Origin: Abditibacteriaceae bacterium
Lineage (GTDB): Bacteria; Armatimonadota; Abditibacteriia; Abditibacteriales; Abditibacteriaceae
NCBI GenBank assembly: GCA_031372065.1
Contig: JANMKN010000091.1
Location: 1 to 15,193 of the forward strand
Direction of reading: 5' to 3'
DNA: 15,193 nt
Positions within the stretch are counted from its first letter, which is position 1. Every line of letters begins with the position of its first letter. A program made the position numbers and the translations under genes. A model generated the notes under the pieces. The model was not told the DNA's origin and did no database searches. It was given only the letters and a program-made list of their open reading frames with translations. This document shows positions 14,806 to 15,193 of the stretch, in pieces.

Positions 14806-15193
14806 ATGAGTCAAAAACAAGCTCAAATGCAGCCGTATCGCTTGGCAACAGAAGCTGATCCGGCGGGCGTGCCCAGCGATGCCGAAGTCGCCAATAATGT
14901 GCTGCAAACCAAGCACTTTGACGGCGTCCGGTTGAATGTGCAATATGAAAGTGGCGGCGGCGCTGAAGGATTTCAGTTGGATGTCTTATTCTTTGACCGC
15001 GCCGCTTCTGTGCCACCCACCGATGACGACCCCGGCGTTCCCGTTTTCTATGAAGACAAAGCGCAACGCATTGATGAAAACGAAACGGGCAACTTCACCT
15101 ACGAAATCAACACAGCGGGGCGCGAAGTTTATGTTCGCATTGCCACACTTTTGGGCGATGAACCGCAGATCGTGATCCAGCAGGGCGCGTTCT
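14806..15193 (+). CDS. Partial ORF, unknown phage protein (possibly structural)
   Basis: RBS AAGGAG at 14795-14800 and ATG at 14806; the frame is open to the window end (MSQKQAQMQPYRLATEADPAGVPSDAEVANNVLQTKHFDGVRLNVQYESGGGAEGFQLDVLFFD...YEINTAGREVYVRIATL...). It is not in the ORF track. Confidence 0.8.
   Translation, partial: MSQKQAQMQPYRLATEADPAGVPSDAEVANNVLQTKHFDGVRLNVQYESGGGAEGFQLDVLFFDRAASVPPTDDDPGVPVFYEDKAQRIDENETGNFTYEINTAGREVYVRIATLLGDEPQIVIQQGAF

Larger units (their letters stand above)
183..15193 (+). mobile_element. Phage-plasmid / plasmid-like prophage segment
   Basis: An iteron origin, Rep, a recombinase and a dif-like site are contiguous with terminase genes and a CHAP lysin. 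No host housekeeping genes are present. Confidence 0.75.

Noticed and set aside
418..14807. Numerous short minus-strand and alternate-frame ORFs in the track
   Set aside because: They overlap longer motif-bearing + strand genes and show no recognisable domains or RBS, so they are treated as shadow ORFs.
14804..15175. ORF-track calls 14804..15016 (-) and 14936..15175 (+)
   Set aside because: These are shadow frames of the RBS-supported ORF starting at 14806 that runs off the window.

Overview
All credible genes in this window are on the + strand, and it looks like part of a phage-plasmid (plasmid-like prophage). The left part is an iteron origin (six copies of a CGTATAGCTAC(G/A)GAA core, two inverted) followed by a replication initiator translationally coupled to a tyrosine recombinase. 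An AT-richer cargo block (about 2939-7823) follows, containing a DUF4365/PD-(D/E)XK nuclease-like protein, a PadR regulator with a partner carrying an orphan permease-prefix-like domain, and an overlapping pair of unknown genes. A 28-bp dif-like recombination site (7868-7895) marks the switch to a phage module: two small regulators (one Cys-rich), small and large terminase subunits, an apparently inactivated terminase-nuclease paralogue, a HEPN gene, a CHAP hydrolase and a partial ORF at the right edge. The most striking unannotated signal is that both phage late units start with the same leader design: a -10 box, an identical 14-nt box AGGCCCAGAGCCGC, a hairpin whose 5' arm is formed by that box, and a U-tract. 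The first copy sits directly behind the zinc-finger gene, suggesting protein-dependent RNA antitermination. All family calls come from motif recognition by eye; no searches were run.
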